Source of the DNA: the human T2T-CHM13v2.0 reference genome, Homo sapiens
DNA: 64,000 nt
Reading direction: 5' to 3' (one strand)
Assembly: GCF_009914755.1 (NCBI RefSeq)
Contig: NC_060939.1
Part shown: one piece after another, positions 1-17,300 of the stretch
Layout: every line of letters starts with the position of its first letter
Numbering within the stretch: the first letter of the stretch is position 1
Program-made: the position numbers and the translations under genes
The notes under the pieces: model-generated
Told to the model about the DNA's origin: nothing
What the model saw: only the letters and a program-made list of their open reading frames with translations
Database searches by the model: none

Positions 1-3000
1 AGAAGTTTCTCAGAATTCTTCTGTCAAGTATTTATGTGAAGATACTTCCTTTTCCACCATAGGCCTCAAAGCGCTACAAATGTCCAATTGCAGATTCTAC
101 AAAAAAAAGAGTTTCAGCACTGTTCTATCAAAAGAAAGGTTTTGCTCTGTGAGATGAATGCACACATCACAAAGAAGTTTCTCAGATTGTTCTGTCTAGA
201 TTTTATGTGAAGATATTTCTTTTTCTGCCATAGGCTGCAAAGCCCTCCAAATGTCCACATGCACATTCTACAAATAGAGTGTTTAGAAACTGCTCAATCA
301 AAAGAAAGGTTCAACCCTGTGAGATGAACGCACACATCTGAAAGATGTTTCTTAGAATTCTGCTGTCTAGTTTTTATGTGAAGATAATTCATTTTCCACC
401 AAAGGCCTCAAAGCGCTCCAATGTCCACTTGCAGATTCTACAAAAAGAGAGTTTGAAGACTGCTCAATCAAAAGAAAGGTGTAACTCTTTGAGATGAATG
501 CACAAATCACAAAGACGTTTCTCAGATTGCTTCTGTCTAGATATTATGTGAAGATATTTCCTTCTCTAACATTGGCCGCAAAGCGCTCCAAATGTCCACT
601 TGCAGATTATAAAAAAAGATTGTTTCCAAAATGCTCAACCAAAAGAAAGGTTCAACTCTGTGCAATGAACGCACGCATCACAAAGAAGTTTCTCAGAATT
701 CTTCCATCTAGTTTTTATGTGAAGACATTTCCTTTTCCTCCATGGGCTGCAAAGCACTCCAAATGTCCACTTGCAGATTCTACAAAAAGAGAGTTTCAAA
801 ACTGCTCAATCAAATTAAGGATTAACTCTGTGAGATGAACGCACACATCACAAAGAAGTTTCTCACATTGCTTCTGTCTAGACTTTATGTGAAGATATTT
901 CCTTTTCTACCATAGGCTGCAAAGTGCTGCAAATGTCCCCTTGAAGATTCTACAAAAGAGTGTTTCCAAAATGCTCAATCGAAAGAAAAGTTCAACTCTG
1001 TGAAGTGAATGGACACATCGCAAAGAAGTATCTCAGATTACTTCTGTCTAGATTTTATGTGAAGATATTCCCTTTTCTACCATAGGCCTCAGAGCGCTCC
1101 AAATGTCCACTTGTAGATTCTACAAAAAGAATGTTTCCAAACTGCTCAATGAAAAGAAATGTTCAAATCTTTGATATGAACATATGCATCACAAAGAAGT
1201 TTCTCAGAATTCTTCAGTCTAGTTTTTATGTGAAGATATTTAATTTCCACCATAGGTCTCAAGGCTCTTGAAATTTCCCCTGCAGATTCTACAAAAAGTG
1301 TATTTCAAACTGGTCCTTCAAAAGAAAGGTTCAACTCTGTGAGATGAAGGCAGACATCACAAAGAAGTTTCTCAGATTCCCTCTGCCAAGACTTTATGTG
1401 AAGGTATTTCCATTTCTAACACAGGACCAAAGCGCTCCAAATGTCCACCTGCAGATTCTACAAAAAGAGTGCTTCCTAACTGCTCAATTAAAAGAAAAGT
1501 TCAACTCTGTGAGACGAACACTCACATCACCAAAAGTTTCTCAGAATTATTCTGTGTAGTTTTTATATGAAGGTATTTCATTTTCCACCATAGGCCTCAA
1601 GTCATTAGTAATGTCCCCTTGCAGATTCTGCAAAGAGGGTATGTCAAAACTGGTCCATCAAAAGAAAGATTCAACTCTTGGGGATGAATGCACACATCAC
1701 AAAGATATTTATTGGAATGCTTCTATACAGTTTTTATGTGAAGATGTTTCCTTTCCCACCATAGGCCTCAAAGTGCTCCAAATGTCCACTTGCACATCTA
1801 CAAAAGAGATTTTCAAAACTACTCAATCAAAAGAAAAGTTCAACTCTGTGGGATTAAACACACACATCACAAAGAAGTTTCTCAGTATTCTTCTGTGTAG
1901 TTTTTATGTGAAGATATTTCTTTTTCTACCATAGACAGCAAAGAGCTCAAAATGTCCACTTCCAGATTATACAAAAAGAGTGTTTCTTAACTGCTCAATC
2001 AAAAGAAAGGTTCAACTCAGTGAGATGAATGCACACATCACAAGGAAAGTTCTCAAAATTCTTCCATATAGTTTTTATGTGAAGATATTTCCTTTTCCAG
2101 CACAGGCCTCAAAGCGCTCCAAATATCCACTTGCAGATTCTACAAAAAGAGAGATTCAAAACTGCTCCATCAAAAGAAATATTCAACTCTCTGAGATGAA
2201 AGCACACATCACAAAAAAGTTTCCCAGATTGCTTCTGTCGGGATTGTACATGAAGGTAATTCCTTTTCTACCATAGGCCACAAAGCGCTCCAAATGTGGA
2301 ACTGCAGATGATGCAAAAAGAGTGTTTCCAATCTGCTCATTCAAAAAAAAGGTTTAATTCTGTGAGATAAATGCACACATCACAAAGAAGTTTCTGAGAT
2401 TGTTTCTTTCTAGATTTTATGTGAAGATATTTCCTTTTCTACCATAGGCCGCAAAGCGCTCCAAATGTCCACTTGCAGATTGTACAAAAAGAGTGTTTCC
2501 AAACTGCTCCATCTAAAGAAAGTTTCAACTCTGTGAGATAAATGCGCACATCAGAGTTCTTCTGTTTAGTTTTTATGTGAAGATATTTCATTTTCCACCA
2601 TAGTCCTCAAGGCGCTAGAGATGTCCACTTGCAGATTCTACAAAAAGAGTACTTCAAAACTAGTCCATCAAAAGAAAGTTTCAACTCTGGGAGATGAATG
2701 CACACATTACAAATAAGTTTCTCAGAATGCTTCTATCTAGTTTTTATGTGAAGATATTTCCTTTTCCAACATAGTCCTCAAAGCGCTCCAAATGCCCACT
2801 TGGAGATTCTACAAAAAGAAGGTTTCAAAACTGCTCAATCAAAACAAAGGTTTAACACTGTGAGATGAAAGCACACACCACAAAGAAGTTTTTCAGATTG
2901 CTTCTGTCTAGATTTTATGGGAAGATATTTCCTTTTCTACCATAGCCTGCTAAGCACTCCAAATGTCCATTTGCAGATTCTACAAAAAGAGTGTTTCCAA

Positions 3001-6000
3001 ACTGCATCATCAAAAGAAAGGTTCTGCTCTGTGATATAAACGTACACATCACATAGCAGTTTCTCTGAATTCTTCTGTATAGTTTTTATATGAAGATACT
3101 TCCTGCTCCACCATAGGCCTCAAAGCACTCCAAATGTCCACTAGCAGATTGTACAAAAAGAGAGTTTCAAAACTGCTCAATCATAGGAAAGGTTTAACTC
3201 TGTGAGATGAATGCACATATCACAAAGAAGTTTCTCAAATTGCTTCTGTCTAGATTTTATGTGAAGATATTTCCTTTTCTAACATAGGCCAAAAAGCGCT
3301 TCAAATGTCCACTTGCAGATTCAAAAAAAAAAGGAGAATTTCAAAACTGCTGCATCAAAAGAAAGACTCAACTATGTGAGATGAATGCACACATCACAAA
3401 GAAGTTTCTCAGATTGCTTCTGTCTAGATTTTATGTGAAGATATTTCATTTTTTCTACCATAGGCCACAAATCGCTCCAAATGTCCACGTGGAGATTCTA
3501 CAAAAAGAGAGTTTCAAAACTGCTCAATCAAAAGAAAGGGTGAATTCTGTGAGATGAATGCACACATCACAAAGAAGTTTCTCAGATTGCTTCTTTCTAG
3601 ATTTGATGTGTAGATATTCCGTTTTTACCATTGGCTGCAAAGTGCACCAAATGTTCATTTGCAGATTCTACAAAAAGAGTTTTTCCAAACTGCTCAATCA
3701 AAAGAAAGGTTCAACTCCATGAGATGAATGCACACATCACAAAGTAGTTTCCCAGAATTCTTCTGTCAAGTTTTTATGTGAAGATATTTCCTTTTCCACC
3801 ACAGGTCTCAAAGTGCTCCAAATGTCCACTTGCAGATTCTACAAAAAGAGATTTTCAAAACTGCTCAACCAAAAGAAAGGTTTAACTCCGTTAGATGAAT
3901 GCACACATCCAAAGAAGTTTCTCAGATTGCTTCTGTCTAGATTTTACGTGAAGATATTTCCTTTTCTAACATAGGCCACAAAGCGTTCCAAATGTCCACT
4001 TGCAGATTCTACAAAAAGAGTGTTGCCAAACTGCTCAATCAAAAGAAAGTTTCAATTCTGTGAGATAATCGCACACATCACAAAGAAATTTCTCAGAATT
4101 CTTCTGTCTAGCTTTTATGTGAAGATATTTCCTTTTCCAACAGAGGCCTTAAAGCCCTCCAAATATCCACTTACAGATTGTACAAAAAGAGAGTTTCAGA
4201 ACTCCTCAATCAAAAGAAAGGTTTAACTCTCTGAGGTGAATACACAAATCACAAAGAAGTTTCTCTGATTGCTTATGTCTAGATTTGATGTGAAGATAGT
4301 CCTTTTTCTATCATAGGTGGCAAAGAGCTCCAAATGTCCACTTGCAGATTCTACAAAAAGAGGGTTTCCAAACTTCTCAATCTAAAGAATGGTTCAGCTC
4401 TGTGGGATGAACACACACATCACATAGAAGTTGCTCAGAATACTTCTTTCTAGTTTTTTTGTGAAGATATTTCATTTTCCACAATAGGCCTCAAGGCACT
4501 CCAAATGACCAATTGCAAGTTATACAAAAAGATTATTACAAAACTGGTCCATCAATAGAAATGTTCAACTCTGGGAAATGAATACACATATCACCAAGAG
4601 GTTGTTCAGAATGCTTCCATCTAGTTTTTATGTGAATATATTTTCCTTTGCACCATAGGCCTCGAGGCGCTCCTAATGTCCACATGCAGATTTTATAAAA
4701 AGAGAGTTTTAAAACTGCTCAATCAAAAGAAATGTTTAACTCTGTGAGATGAATGCACACAACAAAAAAAGCTTCCTCAGATTGTTTCTGTCTAGATTTT
4801 ATGTGAAGATAATTCCTTTTCTACCATAGGCCTCAAAGCACTCCATATGTTCACTTGCAGATTCTACAAAAAGAGTGTTTCCAATCTGCTCAATCAAAAG
4901 AAAGGTTCAACTCTGTCAGATGAACGCTGGCATCACAAAGAATTTTCTCAGAATTCTTCTGTCTACTTTTAATGTGAAGATATTTCCTTTTCTTCCATAG
5001 GTCTAAAAGCGCTCCAAATGTCCACTTGCAGATTCTACAAAAAGAGACTTCCAAAACTGCTCAATCAAAAGGAAGGTTTAACTCTGTGAGATGAAGCACA
5101 CATCACAAAAAGTTTCTCAGATTGCTTCTGTCTAGACTTTATGTGAAGTTATTTCCTTTTCTACCATAGAACCCAAAGCACTTATAATGTCCCCTTGCAG
5201 ATTCTACAAAAAGAATGTTTCAAAACTGCTCAATCAAAAGAAAGGTTCAACTCTGTGAGACGAATGCACACATCACCAAGAAGTTTCTCAAAATACTTCT
5301 GTCTAGTTTTTATGTGAAGACATTTCCTTTTCCACCATAGGTCTCAAAGTGATCAAAATTTCCACTTGCAAAATCTACAAAAAGAGAGTTTCAAAACTGC
5401 TCAATCAAAAGAAGGTTTATCTCTGTGATATGAATACACACTTCACGAAGAAGTTTCTAAGATTTCTTCTGTCTAGATTTTTTGTGATGATATTTCCTTT
5501 TCTACAATATGTTGCAAACTGCTCCAAATGTCCACCTGTAGATTCTACAAAAAGAGTGTTTCCAAACTGCTCAATCAAAAGAAAGGTTAACTCTGTGAGA
5601 TGAACGCACACATCACAAAGAAGTTTCTCAGAATTCTTCTGTCTAGTTCTAATGTGAAGATATTTCCTTTTGGACCAGAGGCCTCGAGGCGATCGAAATG
5701 TCCCCTTGCAGATTCTACAAAAAGAGTATTTCAAAACTGGTCTATCAAGAGAAAGGTTCAACTCTGGGAGATGAATGCACACATCACAAAGAAGTTTCTC
5801 AGAATGCTTCTATCTAGTTTTTACGTGAAGATATTTCCTTTTCCACCATAAGCCTCAAAGCGCTCCAAATTTCCACTTGCAGGTTCTGCAAAAAGAGAGT
5901 TTCCAAAGTGCTCAATCAAAAGAAACGGTTAACTCTGTGAGATAAATGCACACATCACAAAGAAGTTTCTCAGAATTTTTCTGTTTAGTTTTTGTGTGAA

Positions 6001-8288
6001 GATATTTCATTTTCCACCATAGGCGTAAAGGTGCTTGAAAGGTCCACTTTCAGATTCCACAAAAAGTTTATTTCAAAACTGCTTAATCAAAAGAAAGTTT
6101 TAACTCTGTCAGATGAATGCACAAATTACAAATAAGTTTCTCAGAATTCTTCTGTCTAGTTTTTATGTGAAGATATTTCCGTTTCAACCATAGGCCTCAA
6201 AGGGCTCCAAATGTCCACTTGCAGATTGTATAAAAAGAGATTTTGAAAACTCCTCAATCAAAAGAAAGGTTTAACTCTGTGAGATGAATGCACACATTGC
6301 AAAAGGTTTCTCAGATTGTTTCTGTCTAGATTTTATGTGAAGGTATTTCCTTTTCTACCATAGGCCACAAAGGGCTCCCAATGTCCACTTCCAGATTCTA
6401 CAAAAGCAGTGTTTCCTAACTGCTCAATCAGTAGAAAGGTTCAACTCTGTGAGATGAACACATGCATCACGAAAAAGTTTCTCAGAATGCTTCTGTTTAG
6501 TTTTTATGTGAAGATATTTCATTTTCCACCATAGGCTTCAAAGAGCTCCAAATACCAACTTGCAGATTCTACTAAAAGAGAGTTTCAAAACTGCTCAACC
6601 AAAAGAAAGGTTTAACACTGTGAGATGAAAGCACACATCACAAAGAAGTTTCTCAGATGGCTTCTGTCCAGATTTTATGTCCAGATATTTCCAGTTCTAC
6701 CACAGGCTTCAAATCACTCCAAAGGTCCACTTGTAGATTCTACAAAAAGAGTGCTTTCAAACTGCATAATCAAAGGAAAGCTTCAGCTCTGTGAGATGAA
6801 TGCACACCTCACAAAGAAGTTTTACAAAATTCTTCTGTCTGGTTTTTATGTGAAGATGCTTCTTCCTCCGCCATAGGCCTCAAGCGCTACAAATGTCCAC
6901 TTGCAGATTCTACAAAAAGAGAGTTTCAAAACTGCTCAATCAAAAGAAATATGTAACTCTGTGAGATGAATGCACGCATCACAAAGAAGTTTCTCAGATT
7001 TCTTCTGTCTATATTTTATGTGAAGATACTTTCTTTTCCACCGTAGGCCTCAAAGCACTACAAGTGTCCACTTGCAGATTCTACAAAAAGACTGTTCCAA
7101 AACTGCTCAAACTAAAGAAAGGCTTAACTCTGTGAGATGAATGCACACATCACGAAGACGTTTCTCAGATTGCTTCTTGTAGATTACATGTGAAGTTAAT
7201 TCCTTTTCACCATAGGCCACAAAGCACTCAAAAAGTCCACTTGCAGATAATACAAGAGAGTTTCAAAACTGCTCAATCAAAAGAAAGGTTTAACTCTGTG
7301 AGATGAATGCACACATCACAAAGAAATTTCCAAGATTGCTTCTGTCTATATTTTAAGTGAAGATATTTCCTTTTCTACCATAGGCCTCAAAGTGCTCCAA
7401 ATGTCCACTTGCAGATTCTACAAAAAGAGGGTTTCCACACTGCTAAATTAAAAGTAAGGTTCAACTCTGTGAGATGAGTGCGCACATTACAAAGAAGTTT
7501 CTCAGAATGCTTCTTTCTCTTTATTATACGAAGATATTTCGTTATCCACCACAGGCCTCAAAGAGCTCCAAATGTCCACTTGCAGATTCTACAAAGAGAG
7601 TGTTTCAAAACTGCCAAACAAAAGTAACGTTCAACTCTGTGAGATGAATGCACACATCACAAAGGTGTTTGTCAGAATGTGTCTGTCTAGATTTTATGTG
7701 AAGATATTTCCTTTTCTACCATAGGCCTCAAAGCGCTAGAAATGTCCACTTGCAGACTCCAGTAAAAGAGGTTTTCAAACCTGCTCAATCAAAATAAATG
7801 TTCAACTCTCTGAGATGAATGCACACATCACAAAGAAGTTTGTCAGAATGCTTCTGTCTAGTTCTTATGTGACAATATTTTCTTTACCACCAAAGGCGTC
7901 AAAGCACTCCAAATGTCCAATCACAGATTTTACCAAAAGGGGGCTTCAAAACTGCTAAATCAGAAGTAAGTTTCAACTCTGTAGGATGAATGCACATATC
8001 ACAAAGAAGGTTGTCAGAATGCTTCTGTCTAGTGTTTATGTGAAGATATTTCCTTTTTACCATAGGCCTAAAAGTGCGCAAAATGTCCACTTGCAGATTT
8101 TACAAAAAGAGTGCTTCCAAACTGCTAAATCAAAAGAAAGGTTCAACTCTGTGGGATGAATGCACACATCACAAAGAAGTTTCTTAGAATGCTTCTGTCT
8201 AGTTATTATATGAATATATTTTATTATCCACCATAGGCCTCAAAGCTCTCCAAATGTCCACTTGCAGATTCTACAAAGAGAGTGTTCC
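1..8288 (-). repeat. Monomeric alpha satellite block A (~48 monomers), reverse orientation
   Basis: ~171-bp period. Motifs such as CACATCACAAAGAAGTTTCTCAGA, GTGAAGATATTTCCTTTT and CCACTTGCAGATTCTACAAAAAG are the reverse complement of the alphoid consensus. Monomers are clearly diverged, and TTCCTTTTCCACCATAG occupies the position of the CENP-B box. Confidence 0.98.
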
Positions 8289-9195
8289 GGGAGAGGAACC
8301 AAGATGGCTGAATAGGAACATCTCCGGACTACAGCACCCTGTGTGAGCAACGCAGAAGACGGGTGATTTCGGCATTTCTATCTGAGGTAACGGGTTCATC
8401 TCACTAGTGAGTGCCAGACAGTGGGAGCAGGTCAGTGGGTGCACGCACCGTGCAGGAGCCAAAGCAGGGTGAGGCATTGCCTCACTCAGGAAGGACTAGG
8501 GGTCAGGGAGTTCCCTTTCCTAGTCAAAGAAATGGGTGACAGACGGCACCGAGAATTCAGGTCACTCCCACCCGAATACTGCGCTTTTCCCATGGGCTTA
8601 AAAAATGCCACACGAAGAGATTATATCCCGCACCTGGCTCGGAGGGTCCTACGCCTACGGAGTCTCACTGATTGCTAGCACAGCTGTCTGAGATCAAACT
8701 GCAAGGAGGCAATGAGGCTAGGGGAGGGGCGCCCGCCATTGTCCAGACTTGCTTAGGTAAACAAAGCAGCTAGGAAGCTCGAAATGTGTGCAGCCCACCT
8801 CAGCTCAAGGAGGCCTGCCTGCCTCTGTAGGCTCCACCTATGGGGGCAGGACACAGACAAACAAAAAGTCAGCAGTAACCTCTGCAGACGTAAATGACCC
8901 TGTCTGACAGCTTTGAAGAGAGCAGTGGTTCTCCCAGCACACAGCTGGAGATCTAAGCATGGGCAGACTGTCTCCTCAACTGGGGCCCTGACCCCTGACC
9001 CCTGAGCAGCCTAACTGGGAGGCACCCACCCAGCAGGGGCAGACTGACATCTCACATGGCCAGGTACTCCAACAGACGTGCAGCTGAGGGTCCTGTTTGT
9101 TAGAAGGAAAACTAACAAACAGAAAGGACATCCACAGCAAAAACCCATCAGTACCTCACCATCATCAAAAACCAAAAGTAGATAAAACCACAAAG
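8289..9195 (+). promoter_or_regulatory. L1 5'UTR internal Pol II promoter (also carries the antisense promoter region); YY1 motif CAAGATGG at ~8300-8307
   Basis: Position upstream of the ORF1 ATG at 9196. The YY1 core is retained near the 5' end, and many CpGs have decayed to TG/CA, so activity is doubtful. Confidence 0.75.
8665..8739 (-). pseudogene. ORF0: L1 antisense ORF0 remnant, truncated after 24 codons
   Basis: The minus strand from 8739 translates MAGAPPLASLPPCSLISDSCASNQ*, matching the ORF0 N-terminus. The Arg codon CGA has become TGA by CpG decay. Confidence 0.8.
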
Positions 9196-10212
9196 ATGGG
9201 GAAAAAACAGAGCAGAAAAACTGGAAACTCTAAAAAGCAGAGCGCCTCTCCTCCTCCAAAGGAATGCAGTTCCTCACCAGCAATGGAACAAAGCTGGATG
9301 GAGAATGACTTTGACTAGCTGAGAGAAGAAGGCTTCAGATGATTAAATTACTCTGAGCTACAGGAGGACATTCAAACCAAAGACAAAGAAGTTGAAAACG
9401 TTGAAAAAAACTTAGAAGGTTGTATAACTAGAATAACCAACACAGAGAAGTGCTTAAAGGAGCTGATGGAGCTGAAAGCCAAGGCTCGAGAAGTACATGA
9501 AGAATGCAGAAGCCTTAGGAGCTGATGTGATCAACTGGAAGAAAGGGTATCAGCAATGGAAAATGAAGTGGATGAAATGAAGCAAGAAAGGAAATTTAGA
9601 GAAAAAAGAATAAAAAGAAATGAACAAAGCCACCAAGAAATATGGGACTATGTGAAAAGACAAAATCTACGTCTGATTGGTGTACCTGAAAGGGATGGGG
9701 AGAATGGAACCAAGTTGGAAAACACTCTGCAGGATATTATCCAGGTGAACTTCCCCAATCTAGCAAGGCAGGCCAACATTCAGATTCAGAAAATACAGAG
9801 AATGCCAAAAAGATACTCCTCGAGAAGAGCAACTCCAAGACACATAATTGTCAGATTCACCAAAGTTGAAATGAAGGAAAAAATGTTAAGGGCAGCCAAA
9901 GAGAAAGGTCGGGTTACCCTCAAAGGGAAGCCCATCAGACTAAGAGCAGATCCCTCAGCAGAAATTCAATAAGCCAGAAGGGAGTGGGGGCCAATATTCA
10001 GCATTCTTAAAGAAAAGAATTTTCAACCCAGAATTTCATATCCAGACAAACTAAGCTTCATAAGCAAAGGAAAAATAAAATACTTTACAGACAAGCAAAT
10101 GCTGAGAGATTTTGTCACCACCAGGCCTGCCCTAAAAGAGCTCCTGAAGGAAGCACTAAATATGGAGAGGAACAACCGATACCAGCCACAGCAAAATCAT
10201 GCCAAAATGTAA
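9196..10212 (+). pseudogene. ORF1: L1 ORF1p (RNA-binding chaperone) pseudogene
   Basis: ATG 9196 (MGKKQSRKTGNSK) to TAA 10210-10212 is the canonical 338 codons. In-frame stops lie at 9316, 9340, 9523 and 9970. RRM-region peptides LRLIGVPE and TPRHIIVRF are present. Confidence 0.95.
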
Positions 10213-10275
10213 AGACCATCGTGACTAGGAAGAACTTGCACCAACTAACAAGCAAAATAACCAGCTAACATCATA

Positions 10276-14107
<3,832 letters not shown>

Positions 14108-14337
14108 GCAATGAGAACACATGGACACAGGAAGAGGAACATCACACTCTGGGGACGGATGTGGGGTAGGGGGAGGGGGGAGGGATAGCATTAGGAGATA
14201 TACCTAATGCTAAATGACGAGTCAATGGGCTCAGCACACCAACATGGCACATGTACACATATGTAACAAACCTGCACAATGTGCACATGTACCCTAAAAC
14301 TTAAAGTATAATAATAATAAAATAAAATAAATTAAAA

Positions 14338-17300
14338 CAAAAACTATACAGCAGTACTCTGAGAGACTTCCTTGCAATGTGTGCACTGAACTCTCGCAGT
14401 TGAACATATCTTTGGATTGAACGGTTTTGAAAATATCTTTTTGTAGAATCTGGAAGTGGATATATGGAGCCCTTTGCGGCCTACAGTGTAAAAGGAAATG
14501 TCTTCACAAAAAAACTACACAGAAGCATTCTGAGAAACTTCTTTGTGAAGGGTGCATTCATCTCACAGACTTCAACCTTTCTTTTGATTGACCAGTTTAG
14601 AAACTTTTTTTGTAGAATGTGCAAGTGGATATTTGGAACGCTGTGGGGACTATTGTGGAAAAGGAAATATCTTTACATAAAAACTACACAGAAGCATTCT
14701 GAGAAGTTTCTTTGTGATGTGTGCATTCATCTTAAAGAGTTGAAACTTTCTTTTGTTTGAGCAGTTTGGAGACACTCTTTTTGTAGAATCTGCCAGTGGA
14801 TATTTGGAGCCGTTTGAGGCTTATGGTAGAAAAGGAAATATCTTCAGATAAACACTACACAGAATCATTCTGAAACACTGCTTTGTGAAGTGTGAATCCA
14901 TCTCACAGAGTTGAACCTTACTTTTGATTGAGCAGTTTTGAAACGCTCTTTCTGTGGAAAGTGAAAGTGGATATTTGGAGTGCTTTGAGGTCTATGGTGG
15001 AAAAACTACAAAGAAGGATTCTGAGAAACTTCTTTGTGATGTGTGCATTCAACTCACAGATTTGAACATATCTGTGGATTGAGCAGCTTTGAAACTGCCT
15101 TTTTGTGAAATCTGCAATTGGATATTTTGAGCCCTTTGCAGCCTATGTTGGAAAAGGAAATATCTTCAGATAAAAACTACACAGAAGCATTCTGAGAAAC
15201 TTCTTTGTGATGTGTACATTCATCTCACAGAGTAGAACCTTTCTTTTGATTGAGCAGTTATGAAATACACTTTTTGTAGAATGTTCAAGTGGATATTTGG
15301 AGGGCTTTGAGGCCTATTGTGGAAAAGTTAATATCTTCAAATAAAAACTACTCAGAATCATTCTGAGAAACTACTTTGTGATCTGCGAATTCATCTGAAA
15401 GACTTCAAAATTTCTTTTGTTTGGGCAGTATGGAAACACTCTTTTTATAGAATCTGCAAGTGAATATTTGGAGAGATTTGAGGCCTATGGCAGAAATGGA
15501 AATATCTTTACATAAAAACTACACAAAAGCATTCTGTGAAACTTCTTTGTGATGCGTGCATTCAACTCACAGAGCTAAACCTAACTTTTGATTGACCAGT
15601 TTTGAAACTCTCTTTTGTAGAATCTGCAAGGGGATATTTGGAGTGCTTTGAGGCCTACTGTGGAAAAGGGAATATCCTCACATAAAAACTACACAGAAGC
15701 ATTATGAGAAACTTCTTTGTGATGTGTGCATTCAACTCACAGAGTTGAATATTTCTTTTGATTGTGCAGCTTGGAAACACTGTTTTTGTGGAATCTGCAA
15801 ATGGATATTTGGAGCACTATGTGGTCTATTGTGGAAAAGGAAATATCTTCACATAAAAACTTCACCGAAGCATTCTAAGAAACTACTTTGTTATGTGTGT
15901 ATTCAACTCACAGAATTGAACCTATCTTTTGATATAGCAGTTTTGAAACTCTCTTTTTATAGAATCTGCAAATGGATATTTGGAGCCCTTTGCGGCTTAT
16001 GGTGTAAAAGGAAATATCCTCACATAAAAACCATGCAGAAGCAACCTGAGAAATTACTTTGTGATGTGTGCATTCATCTCACAGAGTTGAACTTTCCTTT
16101 TGATCGTGCAGTTTGGAAACACTCTTTTTGTAGAATCTGCAGGTGGATATTTGGAGGGTTTTGAGTCCTATGGTGGTAAAGGAAATGTCATCACATGAAA
16201 AATACACAGAGGCATTCTGAGAAACTTCTTTGTGACGTGTGGATCCACCTCCCAGAGTTGAATCTATCGTTTGATTAAGAAGTTTTGAAACTCTATTTTG
16301 TAGAACCTGCAAGTGGATATTTGGAGCCATTTGCGGCCTATGGTGTAAAAGGAAATATCTTCACTTTAAAACTACACAGAAACATTCTGAGACACTTCTT
16401 TGTGACGTGTGCATTTATCTCACAGAGTTGAACCTTTCTTTTGATTGAGTAGTTTGGAAACACTCTTTTTGTAGAATCTTCAAGTGGATATTTGGAGTGC
16501 TTTAAGGCCTATTGTGAAAAAGGAAATATCTTCACATAAAAACTACACAGAAACATTCTGAGTAACTTCATTGTGATGTGTGCATTCATCTGACAGAGTT
16601 GAACCTGTCTTTAGTTTGAACAGTTTGGACTCTCCTTTTGTAGAATCTGCAATTTAATATTTGGAGCACTTTGAGGCCTACGGTGGAAAAGGAAATATCT
16701 TCACATAAAAACTACACAAAACTATTATGAGAAACTTCTTTGTGGTGTGTGCATTCAACTCACAGGGTTAAACTTATCTTTTGGTTGACCAGTTTTGAAA
16801 CTCTCTTTTTGTAGAATCTGCAAGTGGATATTAGGAAACCCTTGTGGCCTATGGTGGAAAAGGTAATATCTTCACATAAAAAGTACTCAGAAGCATTCTG
16901 AGAAACTCTTTGTAATGTGAGCATTCATCTCACAGATTTGCACCTCTGTTTTGATTGAGCAGTTTCAATCTGCAAGTGTATATTTGGAGCGTTTTGTGGC
17001 TATGGTAGAAAAGGAAATATCTTCTCATAAAAAGTACACAGAAGCATTCTGAGAAACTTCTTTGTGATGTATTCATTCTACTCACAGAGTTGAACCTATT
17101 TTTTTATAGAGCGGTTTTGAAACTGTCTTTTTCAATAATCCGCAAGTGGATATTGGGAGCCCTATGCGGCCTAATATGGAAAAGGAAATATCCTCACAAA
17201 AAAACTACACAGAAGAATTTTGAGAAACTTCTTTGTGATGTGTGCATTCCTCTCAGAGTGTTGAACGTTTCTTTTGATTGCGCAGTTTGGAAACACTCTT

